Positions 26,352-40,303 of a DNA stretch of 64,000 bases are shown piece after piece (position 1 is the stretch's first letter; the number at the start of each line of letters is the position of its first letter). The translations under genes and the position numbers were made by a program. Source of the DNA: Lytechinus pictus (taxonomy: Eukaryota); contig NC_087245.1 of NCBI RefSeq assembly GCF_037042905.1, forward strand, positions 10,914,001 through 10,978,000. The letters run 5' to 3'. Under the pieces are notes generated by a model. The model saw nothing but the letters and a program-made list of their open reading frames with translations, ran no database searches and had not been told where the DNA came from.

Positions 26352-29300
26352 TACATTTTGTTTTGGGTCTAGTGTCTCAGATTGACAAAACAAAGGGAAA
26401 AAATGTTTACTTCTTTTTAATCATATGGTTCGACAGTGAATTTAATTTCTCTCCAGTTTCAAGGAAATAACGTATTTGTTTTTATGTCAATATGGTTTCA
26501 AGAAATAATGATAAATAAAAATCTCTTGTATAATATATAATTAATAATTATTAATATTATTAATAATTATCAATAATTAATTAAATGTTTCAGGAAATAA
26601 TCAAGATTTACCTCCCCCCAAACTAAGGGTATGGGGTGCGCCCCATTTATTTTGTATCCTTTTGAATATAACTTTATTTTGTTAGTATTTTTTATTCTGG
26701 CTTTTGAGGTAAAATAGGTGTAGAAGATACAAGAAATGAGAATTGAAATTTAAAAGTGGTTGTAAGCAGAAAAAACATGAAAACTGGCAAGAGTCCTAAA
26801 AATGACACATTTTAAAGTCAGCATTTGAAAATTTCAGCTTGCGCTATGTGCTCTCTTGTCTCCCCCCCAAAAAAAAATTCCCTGAAGCAAAAATGCCTCT
26901 TTTTCCAAAGTCGAAAATGCCTTCTTTTTTTCAGAATGAATTATGCCCTTTTTCAAAAAGAAATACCTTCTTTAATAGTAAACATAATACATTTTAGGTT
27001 CAAAAATCACAAATTTTGAATCGTGCTTACATCAGTTATTGTTTAGTACAGTACTAATCCTGTTCATGGTTACAAAAATGTATAGATTGGTGTTTTCTGG
27101 TTGGAATATCGCAAATTTTTGGCTCGCTTTCTACACTTGCATCAATTATTGTACTCATTCTATTCCCGTTTACACACAAAAAATGCTCAGAATGTCCAGT
27201 TTTCAGGTCGTTTAGCTCGCACTTTGCACTCGCATTACTTTGATTGGTGAGTTATGTATCCTATCAAAAATGCAGTCCTTAACTGCTTCCTTTTCTGATC
27301 TGTATATTGTCAGCATTATTTCTTTAGTTAGAAAAACATCTTTTTCATGATTACAAAAACAGCTCAGAATATTTAATTTTCATGTCTTATTACACATGTC
27401 CAGAAGTTTGGGATCGTGGTTCGCACTGGCAACATCACGCAACAGTGATGATTTAACAGTCATTAGCCCCATAATTGACAAAAAATCGAGTTTTACAACT
27501 TCAGAATTGATTTTTTTCCAAAACCGCTTGCTCGCTACGCTTTCTCGCTGAGAAGTAAAACCTAAATCAAAATATCTATCTTATCAATTAGAAATCAATT
27601 TAAAAAGGCTTTGCTCAACTTAATTTCTACAAAACACACAACAACTTCACGTAGTTGATAATCTCATTTTGAAAATACATGTATCTGTTTGCACCAAAAT
27701 CCCCATTTTGGTATATAAGTGCCTTTTTGGCTTTGAACCCCCCCCCCCCCAAATACAAATAGGTTCTGCCGCCCCTGTCTCAGAGAGTGAAGAAAAACAT
27801 ACCGGTACATTGAGAATGCCAGGATCAGATGACCGTGGTAATAATAATTATTGCAATGTAAATTGCATAGAAATATTATGTATTAAATTTACAAAGGTAA
27901 CTATATTATTATTTTAATATTATGTCTAAATCTATCATGAAATTATTTTTGTTTTAAATGTACAAGGGTGAAATTCTTTTTTCGCTCAGTCCGCTCGCTC
28001 ACATACATGTTTGCCATGTGTGATGTCTGCCGCCTAAGCATTGTTAGCTCATTGTTCTGTATATCGTAAGTTTGAAATGCCTTGGCCTTGAGGTTTTCAG
28101 GCCTTGGCCTTGGGTTTCCATGCCTTGGCCTTTGGTATTGAAGCCTTGGCCTTGGGTATTAAAGCCTTGGCCTTGGATGTTAGAGCCTTGACTACAACAC
28201 TGATAGCAGCAGTGCTTCCTTTGAAAATAGCTAATGAATATTATTCACAGAAGAAAACACTAATATGATAAAACATTATGCCCATTGACCCCGACCTTTG
28301 ACCATGATCATGTGACCTACATGTGCAAAACAATCATTCATACTTGATTATCCTTATGTCGAAGTTTCATGAGCTAGATCCATAAAATTTCAAAGTTAAT
28401 TATGATGATTCCTCAAATAACCCCAACATGGCCAAAGTTCATTGACCCTATGTGACCTTTGACCTTGGTCATGTGACCTGAAACTCGCACATGATATTCA
28501 GGGATACATGGTTGCTCTTATATCCAAGTGCATGAACTAAATCCATAAACTTTTAAAGTTATGATGACAACTCATCAAATAACCCTAACATGGCCAAAGT
28601 TTGTTGACCGTAAGTGACCTTTGACCTTAATCATGTGACCTGAAACTCAGGCAGGATCTTCCTGAAATGCATACAGGGTATTCAGGGATACACTGATGCT
28701 CTTATGTCTAAGTTTCATGAACTAGATCCATAGACTTTTAAAGTTATGATGACAATTCCACAAATACCCCCAACATGGCCAAAGTTTGTTAACCGTAAGT
28801 GACCTTTGACCTTAATCATGTGACCTGAAACTCAGGCAGGATCTTTAGTGATACACTATTACCCTTATGTCTACGTTTTATGAACTAGGTCCATATACTT
28901 TCGAAGTTATGACAACATTTCAAAAACTTAACCTTGGTTAAGATTTCGATATTGATTCCCCCAACATGGTCTAAGTTCATTGACCCTAAATGACCTTTGA
29001 CCTTGGTCATGTGACCCGAAACTCAGGCAGGATGTTCAGTAATACTTGATTACCCTTATTATATGTCCCAAGTTTCATGAACTAGGTCCATATACTTTCT
29101 AAGTTATGATGACATTTCAAAACTTAACCTTGGTTAAGATTTCAATGTCGACGACGCCGTCGGAAAAGCGGCGCCTATAGTCTCGCTCTGCTATGCAGGC
29201 GAGACAAAAATGGATCAAACCCCTTTTGACAAATGAGCTCTTCAGAAGGGTTTGCAAAAGGGGTTAGATCCACTCCGAGAAAATCTTTTTTTTTCATTCT

Positions 29301-31603
29301 CCCATATTGCAATATTCTTATGCAAAACTAAATTTTCATGATACCCTACCACGTGAACATAAAATTGGGTATACAAAAAACCTGTCTTCATATTTTTTAA
29401 AAATGTTCTTTTCCAAAAATTTCCTTTCCAAAAATTTCCTTTCCGTTGATCTAACCCCTTTCGCAAACAAACTAAAATACAGATCCAACCCTTTTGAAAA
29501 AAAGTGATTTTTTTTGTCATTTTTATTCAATTTTTAATCAGAAATTCAACTTTTCTTTTGTATCAACTTATAGAGATACTAAAAATCTATACATTCAGTT
29601 AATTGAGACAAAAATCTTATTTCTCAAAAAGCAGTAATATACAACTCGGTGATATTCAAATGAGATAGTGTGTGATGTCTCTCACTTTTTATTTTGGTTT
29701 TTGTTTGAATACAATATCTATTATTTTATTTTACAGATTTGAAAATAAGGACCAACTGAATTGACTGAACCACAAATATCAAAAAATGGTAATTCCACAT
29801 GTACAGGGTACCATAAGACTTTTGTTTCCAGACATAGCTCTCTATGGTTTCAGATGACAATGAAGAGAAAAATTATATATTACACATTTCATACAATAAT
29901 ATACAAAAGAATAGTGAGTGGATGTCATGAGTCCCCTCATTTGCATACTGACAAGGACCACAACTGTTTTTTTTTCAAATACTAGTAACCTAATCTTATT
30001 TTACATATCAGTGATTTTGATATTTTCAGTGTTATGCTTGTTAGATATTTTTTTTTTCATTTAAATTAACTTTTTGTGTGGGAGGACTTGTCGTTCAACC
30101 TAACATTAAACATTGATTTCTTTCTTATTTCACACACACACACAGAGTTGGTAATAATTTCTCTTTTTTTTTGCTTGTTAGAAACCATCACCCCCCTGAT
30201 ATAAAATCATTCCCATGGTCCTGCTAATAATGTTCCTTATATTCTTATGAGTAAGTAGCGTATTCTAGTATCAACTATATTTTATCTCATGAGTAATTGA
30301 TGACAGTAACTTAATGAAATGGTTTTCTCTGTTTTTGCAGTAAAGATGGGGAGGGATTTTATAAAGAAAATCTACTCAAAAGCCCTTCATGATAAAGCAG
30401 TCTTTGTTGAAAATTAGTGAATCAAAACAGCAGTTTTGTCCTGGACTCTAGACAACGACATGTTTACAATTTTTCATCTGCTCAGAATCTTACATAGATA
30501 AGCTGTCTCGGTTCACCAATGTTCGACAAAGACCTCTCAGCTGCGCATAGTGATTTGATGGGCATTTTCAATAGATTTTCTATGTTGTAGAATTTGTCCA
30601 TCGCGTTTCAAAAACTCTGTATTAAGAAATAGGCTAAGCCATAGACAGACATCCTGATAAACAAACGTTATGAGAAAAACTAGCCTCGTGGATCTTCCCA
30701 GAGAAAAAATAAATTCATCCTTTATGAATACCATAAACATTGTAAAAATTGCAACTAGACCTGTGCATGGTGGATGGCTATGGGAGCTTGGGAGTCAACA
30801 GAGGAAACTTTCATCCATATCATCCAGATAGGGATATTATAGTTTCATAACTAATATCTCACTTTTCAATACTAGTCCTACTTTATTATTTCTTAGTGTT
30901 GGTTTCTTTATTTTTCTTTTTTTTTCACTTCTTGATAAATCATAGGGGGCAGAACCCTGGACTGCCTATTCAAACACGAGAAAAAAGTATCTGGTCGTAG
31001 AGGATTAGTAATGATAAAAGTCTCAATTAATCAAATGGGAATAGGTTGATTATTCAGAAGGTTCAATATATTCAGAACGATCGCTATTCATAATCAAAGA
31101 AGTTGTCACAGGCCATAATCAAATAAAAGGGTCACTTGTCATAAGAAAAAAAAAAAACATCAAACTAATGACCCCTCTTTTTCATCATGACTTGTGACCC
31201 TCATTTTGTATTATGAGTAGTGGTCCTTATGATTGGTGACCCTCATGATCAGTGTCTGTTTAGCTCAGTTTTCTGAATAACAACAAACACAAGATTTTTA
31301 CAATTAAAGAAACATTTTTTTAATGCTCATTCCAACAGCAAAAGCCAGGGTGTTAGTATGTAGTTTGCTTGAATGCATGGGCTGCGGAATGGTTTTGAAA
31401 GGGAAGGGGGAGGGGCTGACAATACACAACAAAATATATCAGATGTTAAGTTTTTACATTTTGTACTAAGATTTGGAAAAAAGTTTGAGGCTGAAGCCCC
31501 CCCCCCCCCCCATTCCGTAGCCCCTGAGAAGGTAGCAATACATTTCAAACAGAACAAGTTAGGTTTCATTATCAAAAATAGTATTTATATATATCTACAC
31601 GAT

Positions 31604-31767
31604 CTGGTGGGTGCTTCATAAAGGTGTCAGTAAGTTAGGAATGATATTGCGAATGACTAGTGATCATTTCTTGAGGTAAATTATGTGCACCACTATTTCA
31701 ATGGTGTGAATTTAGCTTTGGTAAAGTCATTTGTAACTTACGAACACCTTTATGAAACACCCACCGG
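31604..31767. mobile_element. Short MITE
   Basis: CTGGTGGGTGCTTCATAAAGGTG / CACCTTTATGAAACACCCACCGG. Confidence 0.75.
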
Positions 31768-34258
31768 GATAATAAGTTAAAACGAGCATGTTCAATGATT
31801 CGTTTTTAAGGATTTAACTGTAACAAGTGACATACATGTAGCATTGCTCTTCAGTCTAGTATCTCACAATGAGAATTGCTTTCAATGAGAGTTTTGCACA
31901 CTGATTTGAATAATGTATCTATAGACTATAGGCAACATAGTGAATACTACATGTACATGTAGGCCTGTATAATTATTTGGCTGCAACATTGCTTGCTGCC
32001 CATCAGTCGCTTTTCAGGCGATCAAGGCAATTATTTCATTCCAAAAATAAAGACCCCTCAATGAGTTCAAATATGAAATAAAGAGGAACTGATATCAAAG
32101 TGAGATATACTAGAAATCTAAACTGTAATTCAGAGTTTATCTTCAAATTTCTTTGGTAAACCAAATGTCAATTCAATATTGAGCTTAATCTTATCTGAAG
32201 CTGTGCAACATGTCACCTGATACCCCAGGAGAATTAAGAATCCCTTTTAAGAATAGACTAACAGATGGCTTAGGATTATTAGCCAAGCTATGTAAACACA
32301 CTTTCACCCTTACTTAAGATTTGTGATTTTTCCATAAGCATAGAGCAATCAACAAATTTTTTATGCAATTTTCATTTGGGCCTTGTAAAATGAAATGGGT
32401 GGGATGATAAGGTTCAATTGTAAGTCTATGGTCTACTACAAAGTGAATGTACATCTATGATCTGTACCGGCCGCACAAAAACGTTGTTAGCACTAACAAT
32501 GAGCCGAGGACCGCAACGATACTTCATTTCAAAACAATCAGTTACATGTATGTACATCTTGGATCAATGTTCGGCATCAAAATAAAAAAGAAGGGACTGG
32601 ACTTACTATTAGGGTTATTTTTAATACCACAACATTTCTGTGCGGCTGGTGCTGATTTTACAGTATGTAACTGTATTTACAGGCCAATGTTATTGATCAC
32701 AATACTGTTTTCCTGATATGTTACCAAAGGTAATACTATGGTTCTACCTCTTTACAATTTATCACATTCTAAAAATCAATGAAACAGGACTTCAGCAATA
32801 ACAAGATTCTTTGGTAGTCCTACAGTACATTTCACATGTATTGTATTGATCTGGGCCCTGTCTTACAAAAGGTTGAGATTAACCAAATCAAACTCAACTA
32901 AATGAACTGAAGCTTGGTAATGGCATAAGCAATATGAACATTACACTGAATCTATAAACAGGGCACATCGACATGTGAGTCTAATGCTGCCCTACTTTGA
33001 AAATATAGCAAGTAACAAGAGTTGAAGAACCAAATCTAACATTCATTGATGTCAATGAGCACATCTGTCTAAGATATGGTATGACCCATGAATAAAATGT
33101 GTCCAATAAAGATCTCATTGGGCAAATCTGAAAATATATCAAGATAAATAAACAACAATCACTTGCTTCTTTAAAAAAAATAGTAATATTCCTCTGCCAA
33201 AGTAGATTCACGCTACACCATTGTGATGTAAGGAAAGACACCCACATGGTATTTGAACAAATCATGACAGCAACAGTCAAAGAAATATTGCTATTTGTCA
33301 AGTCGAAGCATAATATTGAGTCAAAAGGCAGACAATTAGGAATCCCGAGGTTACATGACCAGAGTATGACTATAATTCATAAATACTTATAATTTTATTG
33401 CATAACATTACACAGGTTAAATGTTGCAAAATAAAAAATTGATGGTATTTCCTCTGCACGTTTGAGGTGTGCATATACTAACTGAGTTGGCCGAGGTGAT
33501 CAGGGATTTGATCTGGCTTTAATTTGCAGTCTTTTCTGATGTTAATATCACTATAATCCAAAGACCAAATGGGAATAATTTGAGAGTCTGTGCGATGTTC
33601 TCACAGTTGGCTGTGCAAAGGCTATTGCATGAAAGCTGAACCAGATATATGTTGCCAAAAGATCATGATTAATGCTGAATAATCTAGCCTGCTGGTTATA
33701 TAACAAGTAACAAAAATTGCATGATTTTCCCCTTCAAGTAATCTGCTTGTAATCTGTAACAAGGTTGATGGAATAGAAGTGTTGTATGTATGGGCACAGC
33801 ATGACAGTCATCCATCTTCAGATTGTCTTTGAACAATTCTCATCAACTAGCCCAAAGCATGAGTACATGTATGAAATAAGCATGTTATTAGGGACTTCTT
33901 GCAAAAGCTATGCAGAAGCTTTTCTGGAACATACACAATCTCGTCAATTCCATTCATGATAATAAAGTTTTTATCAAGGGTTGGTGAGTCAAAACAGCAG
34001 TTTTGTCCATGAATGAACAAATGACATGTTTTATAATTTTTTCAGCTTTAAAAAAGGTTGGACGAAACTGCTATTCCAATTTGCTGACCCACGACAAAGA
34101 ATTCATTGTGATTTGACGTGCATCTTCAAATACATTTCCTGCATTGTCAGATTCATTCTGCATCGCTGTGTGAAAACTTGCTAATTATAGAAAATATCTA
34201 AGAACAGGTGATTACGGTAACATGCCCATTTCTATGAAGTATAAAATAAACGAAACAC

Positions 34259-34367
34259 TCATTCATCTTCAGGTAGACCCCTAGCTTCTGAATTAATCAG
34301 CTGGCCATGTTGCATATATGTGATCATCCATTGTGGGTTGGCACCAGGTGAGATATTACGGTGAAAT
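34259..34367 (-). CDS. MAIP1: MAIP1 coding exon 5 (terminal)
   Basis: FHRNISPGANPQWMITYMQHGQLINSEARGLPEDE*. Confidence 0.88.
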
Positions 34368-37300
34368 CTAAAGGAAGTGGAAAGTTGAGGAAAAAAATGC
34401 TCTTGGTTTGTTGATGAATTGAGGACTGTTTAATGATTGGATGTTTGAATAATTTGCAAAGGTTTCTTCTTTACATAACAAACTTAGTAACAATCAAGAT
34501 CTGTGATCTGTCGAGAACTCGGGATTGTTCTTGATGACTGGGTATTTTAATGAATTGAATACGTAATTATAACTGCCATCATTATCTTGAATTCTAGAAT
34601 TTCAATGTTTATTCCCCTTAATAGCAGTGCTAATATGACCTTCACATCTGCTTCTGAATCTTTTTAATCCAAACAATTTTGATTGTGACAGGGTCTCTCT
34701 AACAGCAATATCTTGGTTTACTGGCCAGGACCACATCTTACAAATATTTGCAACTGATCCAATCAATCTCATGATTATAAGGAAATATTTTTGACAGAGT
34801 GGAATTTGGGTATCCATTTGTCTTATTCTCTAAATATAAAAGTAAATGCATGAGTCATTGCTTTGACTATAGTATAAGTTATTGTGCTCCATTATTTTCA
34901 CAAAAAGACAGTATATGCTTCTCAAATAAAAAAATTATTACATAGATGGATTTCCATACTTGTCACTTATTGGATCATTCCCAAACCCACACCTGCTTAT
35001 TCCTACTTTCAGACTTATTTTTATCACTTTTAGGCTATTCATAAAACCTGACAAAACAAAAGGAAATGCAATATGGATTCTAGTAGACAGCATTTTTTTT
35101 GCATCATATTATTGTGTGAAAAGCAATAAAGGAGCAGTGTAACAATACAGATACATTTTAAACATTGAATAAGACATAACAAAAAAGAGCCCAGAACATG
35201 GTCAGATTACTGCCGCAAGCAGGGCAGCTTAAAAATCATCTGCAAACTTCTTGGCCTGTAAATTACTCAATTTCATATTTATAATAGCCTTCATACTGGG
35301 CCTTAACTGGACACTAAATCATCACCATTTATTTTTTGTGGATATCAACCAATCGTTAGGCCTATAGCCTATTGCTCCTAAATATCTTGGTGAACCAGTT
35401 TCTAAAAGCAGTAATATTGCTTTTACAATTAATTATCATCCAATAAATTCTACTATTAATATCAGAAGTAGGACAAAACCCTGGTTACTTTACAAAATCA
35501 CCAGAGTACACAATAGTGCCTAGAATTTCCTCTAACCTATTCATAGCCAATAACTTGATTGAACCTACACAAAGAGGATTCACAATATTCTTACTCATAT
35601 GTGCAACTGTAGACACTTCCAAGACTGTCAAATTGTTCCTGCGAAACACCTGGGGGCGGTCTTCCAATTCGAAACCCTTTAACTTCTGGATCACTGCTTC
35701 CAGACTGAGTGGAGTGACACCAAAACTTCATCAAGATAAAAAGGAACTTCCCTCCTGAAATGTAGTACACAGATTATATATCTTATTCTCAATTCTGCAT
35801 ATCAATGTTAAAAACAACGAAATGAAGAAACAATGTGATGAACAAAAAAAAAGAAGAAAAAGTAGGCCTACGTGAACTAGCACATCAATGACGTGGAGCT
35901 CATCCACCATCTCGCAACGAAATATAACACAATTTTAATTTCAGCCCAGTTGACACTAGTGAGTTATATTGGCGACATAAATTGAAGATAAAGAATTGAA
36001 ATCGATGAAGAAATGACAAAGAAGCATTTTTTTTTATCTATGAATAAATTTCATATAAATTAAGCATAAATAATTTTCTAGTAAAATTTCTGAACTCTGT
36101 GTAGAACCTTGGTGAACTTCATGTAGCTCTCAGATGGAACAAAAATAATCAAAATCAATCAATATTTTTTGTGAGTTTAGAAAATATATGAATAAATTAG
36201 CATATTTAATGAGTTTCAAAATTCTGTGTTGAAATTTTGTATCACCACCTCGAGCTATCATTTAATGCAAACAAAATTGAAATTGATCAACAAATGAAGA
36301 AGAAAAAACATTTTTTGTGATTTATGAGTAAATTTTGCATAAATTATTTTCGAGACAAATTTTCAAAATTTTGTGTACAAGTTCGGTGAACCTCATGCAG
36401 CTCTACCAGATGGAAGAAAAAAAATCAAAATCGGTCAACAAATAAAGAAGAGGCATTTTCTGTGATTTATGAATAAATTTTGCATTCATGTAAGGAGCAT
36501 AAATAATCTTCTACTGAAAATTTCAAATTCTGTGTAAAATTTTGGTGAACCTCATGAAGTTCTACCAGGTGGAAGAAAAAAAATCAAAATCGGTCAACAA
36601 TTAAAGAAGAAGCATTTAATGTGAATTTTTAAAAATACGCATAAATTAGCATATTTAATGAGTTTTAAAAATTATGTGTAGAAGTTTTGAATCCCCCACC
36701 TAGTGCTATCATATAAAGCAAACAGAATTGAAATCGGACTTGAAATGGCGAAGAAGAAGCATTTTGAAATTGTGGACGGACGACAGACAACGGACGCCAC
36801 AACATGGCATAAGCTCATCTGGCCCTTTGGGCCGGATGAGCTAAAAACAAACCTAGTCTTCATCTATTCTTTTTTTCAAAACAGTTAAATGAAATGTGTA
36901 CATGTGAACTGTCAACATGCCAACAATTAGCAAATGATATTGATGAAATAATGGCCAAGTGTAACTGATGTATTTGTGGCAAAAAAATTCAGAACACTAG
37001 GAAGCTTCACCAACTGTTGCAGAAGTACGGGGGGGGGGGGGGGGGGTTCTTGCAAACATTTCTATTATCCGGAGTTGTGCTTTTTTTCCCATTTGTGTTT
37101 CAAAATTTGCAAAGTTATAATATCATTACAGAGTCCTTGTATGTCCAAATCATACATACCCTTATCATCATAGTGTATAGCAATGTCATGGGGAAAGGTG
37201 TGCAAAATTTCCTCTGATGATAACGATATAGAACTGATCTCCTTCAGACTGAAGTTTCGACAAGTGTTCTGGATTTCTCTAAGAAGCTGTGGAAAAGATT

Positions 37301-39795
37301 AAATACACAGGTGTTACAAAAACATTGCAAAATTAGTAAATTTATATAAGATGCAGTTTTGTACTCTTCAAATTCCGAATTCAAAATATAGATCAAAATT
37401 GAAAATCAATCTAACAGTCTGGCAAGTCCAAGAAAAGGTCACCCTAGAAGACAAATTTCATATTTATTTTATGAAGTAATCTTTGATGGGAGTCGAAAGT
37501 ATAATTTTTGTATTAAATTTTAAAACTAAATTAGGAAAAATTTAGTGATGTATGCAAATTTATGCTAATTCAGGGCACCTCAAATTATGTATGGGACAAT
37601 TATGAAAATAATCATAGAAAATCAAAACAAAACTAATGAGATTTAAACAAAAGTTGGGAAATGGACTCAACATTTCATATTTTGAGGGGAATGGTGTTAT
37701 CTACATGAATATGCAAATTAGGTTGTGTCAAAGGATGAAATGTTCCAGATCATTTTTTTTTACCTTTGGAGACAGAAGACCTTCAAGATTGTCCCATGTC
37801 CCCTCCGCTATTGTCTCTGATATTGTCACCAATGCCTGGAAAACAAAAATAAAACATTATAAGTATCTAAAATTAATGCAATCAACATCTCATTGTGAGA
37901 ATATACATCATTATTGACCTCATTGACTAAAGACTTTTTGACATGAAAAAGTAAAAATGTTTACAATCATTTAACGCTAATTTCAAATAACATCACTCAG
38001 GTTATTACAAGAATGAGCATGACCAATTTTAAGTCTGAGCTGTGTCTGTTAGCAGGAATCCACTTTAATTAGTATCTGCTTTCCTGAATTATTCAATGAA
38101 TTGTCTATGATGATATATAAGGATTTGAGATGAAAAGCTGGGTTCCTATGGAATAGATGTGGCTATGACTTTTTAGTAAGGTGCCCAATGACCTCAATCC
38201 CCAAACCAATCAAACAGAGCCATGGAAAGCGATTTTTTTTACTGGGGGTGCTGAGGTAATTTGTAAAGCAAAAAAAAAAAAAATTCACTACAAAATCAAG
38301 GTCATTTTGGTTCCTTTTCCCCCTATTTTTATACACCTTCCAGAATTCCTGGGGTTGCTGCTTATGGAGAAAAATACACGCAGCACCCCCGCTTCCCAGG
38401 GCCATGCAATCAGACCATTAAAAAAAGTAAGGAGTTGACCCGTGGATTTGGAATGGTATTTATTTCATAGAATACTGCACCTAGCTAGCAGATTATCGTC
38501 TTTGTGACAGATCCACTAGGCCAATACCTACTGTAGCTGACTAGCTGTAGGGAACACCCACAACGAACAACATACAGACAGTGATAGACAGATGAATGTC
38601 CATTATGAAGCTGTTAACAGATGGATGACCCAAAACCCAGGTTAGATTTCTAGCCATCATGGTACTAGGTAGACACAATGTACATGTAGCAAGTTGATAA
38701 CACTGTGCGTTAAATTTTGTCATCTTTTATGGAATGCATACATGGAAGACAATTGGAACCACATTAGACATTTACATGTAACCCAATATTAACCTGACCA
38801 GAAGGCAGAGGCCCATTGCAGAAAAAAAAAATGCAATCAAATGCATCTTAAAAAATGTATTGCAACTTGAATTCAACCTCCGAATATGAGGCACTTCAGG
38901 CACTTGCACTTGAATTTTTTAGATGTTTTTAGTTAAACAAAACACTTCGGCAACAGGACCCCAGATGACAGTGTGATTCTGTGAAAAAGTAGTTTGATAA
39001 ATTAGCATATAAAGCAGTTTCAAGAGAAAGTTTGGAAAATAGTTAATCATGACATAGGTAGGCCTTACACAGTAAGTCAGTTACAAATTAATTTATCTAT
39101 TGCTTTAGTTTAGAAACATGCTTGATAATTTCAAATGGATCTAGTCTACCTTTCTTGGGGAAAAAACATCGTTAAAAAACAAGATGTACCGTACATTCTC
39201 TGACGTTAGCTATGCACTGTACAGCAGATTTAGAAATCTATGTGGGCAAATGTAAAAAAACAGTTTGCATGATTTGTAATTGGTCTTACTTGAAGCAATA
39301 AAATCAAATTTGATGACACTCTGATCTCTGTTATTAAAAAAGGAAAGCAAAAACAATCCTATTTTTATTTAATACCTGCTTAGCTCCTTGTGTAAATTCA
39401 TCAATTGAAAAATCTGGATCAAAATATGAACGAATTAACCAATAGAATATATTGTTTCTGATGACTTTGATAGGATTAGGAATAGCAACAAACACTGGTT
39501 TGATCTTTCCTTCAGATCCTCCTCTATCATCCGTGCTCATGCTCCTTCTGTTGTGTAATAAACAAGTTGTGGCCGAAGCTGCAGTTGGACTTGGAGTTCT
39601 TGTTACCAGCAGTGGCAATGCATCACAACTCCTTCCACTTTGTAAGAACGGTCCCAGACATAAACTCCTGTGTATTCTTTTGAATGCCGATTTCTCCGAT
39701 ATCACAGAAAACTTCCTTTTGACGCTAATGTCAATGCACTTCGTAGATTCTAAAGGAAGAAACATGCACTGCTTGAGTATCTTCATTCGATACAT
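34259..39795 (-). CDS. MAIP1: m-AAA protease-interacting protein 1, mitochondrial (C2orf47-like), complete, 295 aa
   Basis: Exons 39795-39376 (420), 37835-37764 (72), 37286-37160 (127), 35754-35595 (160), 34367-34259 (109); 888 nt in frame ending TGA. Motifs IPNP..IRSYFDPDFSIDEFTQGAKQA, DIAIHYDDKGGKF..ILMKFW and YEFHRNISPGANPQWMI match the MAIP1 family as recalled. Confidence 0.9.
35595..35754 (-). CDS. MAIP1: MAIP1 coding exon 4
   Basis: GKFLFILMKFWCHSTQSGSSDPEVKGFRIGRPPPGVSQEQFDSLGSVYSCTY(E). Confidence 0.88.
35875..36847 (-). mobile_element. Helentron/HINE-like element in MAIP1 intron 3
   Basis: End AGCTCATCTGGCCCTTTGGGCCGGATGAGCTAAAAA hairpin, (GGAC/AGAC)n microsatellite, internal tandem units, matching GAGCTCATCC near 35897. 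Confidence 0.7.
37160..37286 (-). CDS. MAIP1: MAIP1 coding exon 3
   Basis: LLREIQNTCRNFSLKEISSISLSSEEILHTFPHDIAIHYDDK. Confidence 0.88.
37764..37835 (-). CDS. MAIP1: MAIP1 coding exon 2
   Basis: ALVTISETIAEGTWDNLEGLLSPK. Confidence 0.88.
38215..38406. mobile_element. hAT-type MITE
   Basis: Imperfect TIRs; 8-bp TSD CAATCAAA/CAATCAGA. Confidence 0.65.
39376..39795 (-). CDS. MAIP1: MAIP1 coding exon 1
   Basis: First in-frame ATG after an upstream TAA; ends ...FTQGAKQ then GTATTA. Confidence 0.85.
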
Positions 39796-39849
39796 GTTCA
39801 AACCGGGGTGTTTTTTATGAGCCCGGAGAAGATTACCAGAATCCAGTTA

Positions 39850-40050
39850 AAGATTTTGTGCGAAGTCGAAGATTCTGTAAGCCAATGGCAGTGTATTTAG
39901 CGCTTGAGAGGTACTTTTACCAGCGACACTTTACTTCGGCCGGCCGCCGCGCCAGAGCTAGCCTACCGGACAGAGCCGATCGATCGCGATCGTGCCTATC
40001 TCTAAAGCGTCCCGAGGAGGCCGGGCTAGCCATTATCAAGCGAAAAGACT
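39850..40050 (-). promoter_or_regulatory. CpG-rich promoter/5' UTR region of MAIP1
   Basis: GC/CpG-rich patch (CGGCCGGCCGCCGCG, CGATCGATCGCGATCG) just upstream of the ATG. Confidence 0.45.
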
Positions 40051-40078
40051 TCTTTTTTTTTCTCGCCAAATTTGAACT

Positions 40079-40303
40079 CAGGGGCTGATCCAGCATTTTT
40101 TAAAGGAGGGGTGGGGGGTGTGCATATTTTCCCCAGGAAAATTGACAAGCAAAAAAAAAGAAAAAAAAAGAAAGTCCTCCATTTCAGGGGGGGGGGGGGG
40201 GGGGCACACGTGTTACAGAAATTGGCATACTTACATTAAAAATGTAGGGCCTCCATCCCTTTCAAAAGGGCCCAGGCTGTGCCCCCTGGAAGATCCGCCA
40301 GTG
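40079..40303. mobile_element. hAT-type MITE next to the MAIP1 promoter
   Basis: CAGGGGCTGATC / GATCCGCCAGTG; TSD TTTGAACT/CTTGAACT. Confidence 0.65.

Larger units (their letters stand above)
23300..28202. mobile_element. Non-autonomous hAT-type element, 4.9 kb
   Basis: TIR CAGTGTTGTAGT / ACTACAACACTG; perfect 8-bp TSD ATAGCAGC (23292-23299, 28203-28210); subterminal GCCTTG repeats at both ends. Confidence 0.88.
23244..29210 (-). mobile_element. Helentron/HINE-like non-autonomous element interrupted by a 4.9-kb hAT
   Basis: Subterminal IR GTCTCGCCTGCAT (23266) / ATGCAGGCGAGAC-AAAAA (29193-29210), terminal hairpin, AACAAG end, internal tandem units with TGACCTTTGACC at about 28280-29150. Confidence 0.75.

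Noticed and set aside
30537..30740. TGA-interrupted reading frame as a selenoprotein
   Set aside because: The paralogous copy at 34 kb does not preserve the frame and no SECIS was recognised.
39917..40033. Upstream ATG (MASPASSGRF...) as the MAIP1 start
   Set aside because: Out of frame with MAIP1 and ends in TAA after 38 codons; at most a uORF.
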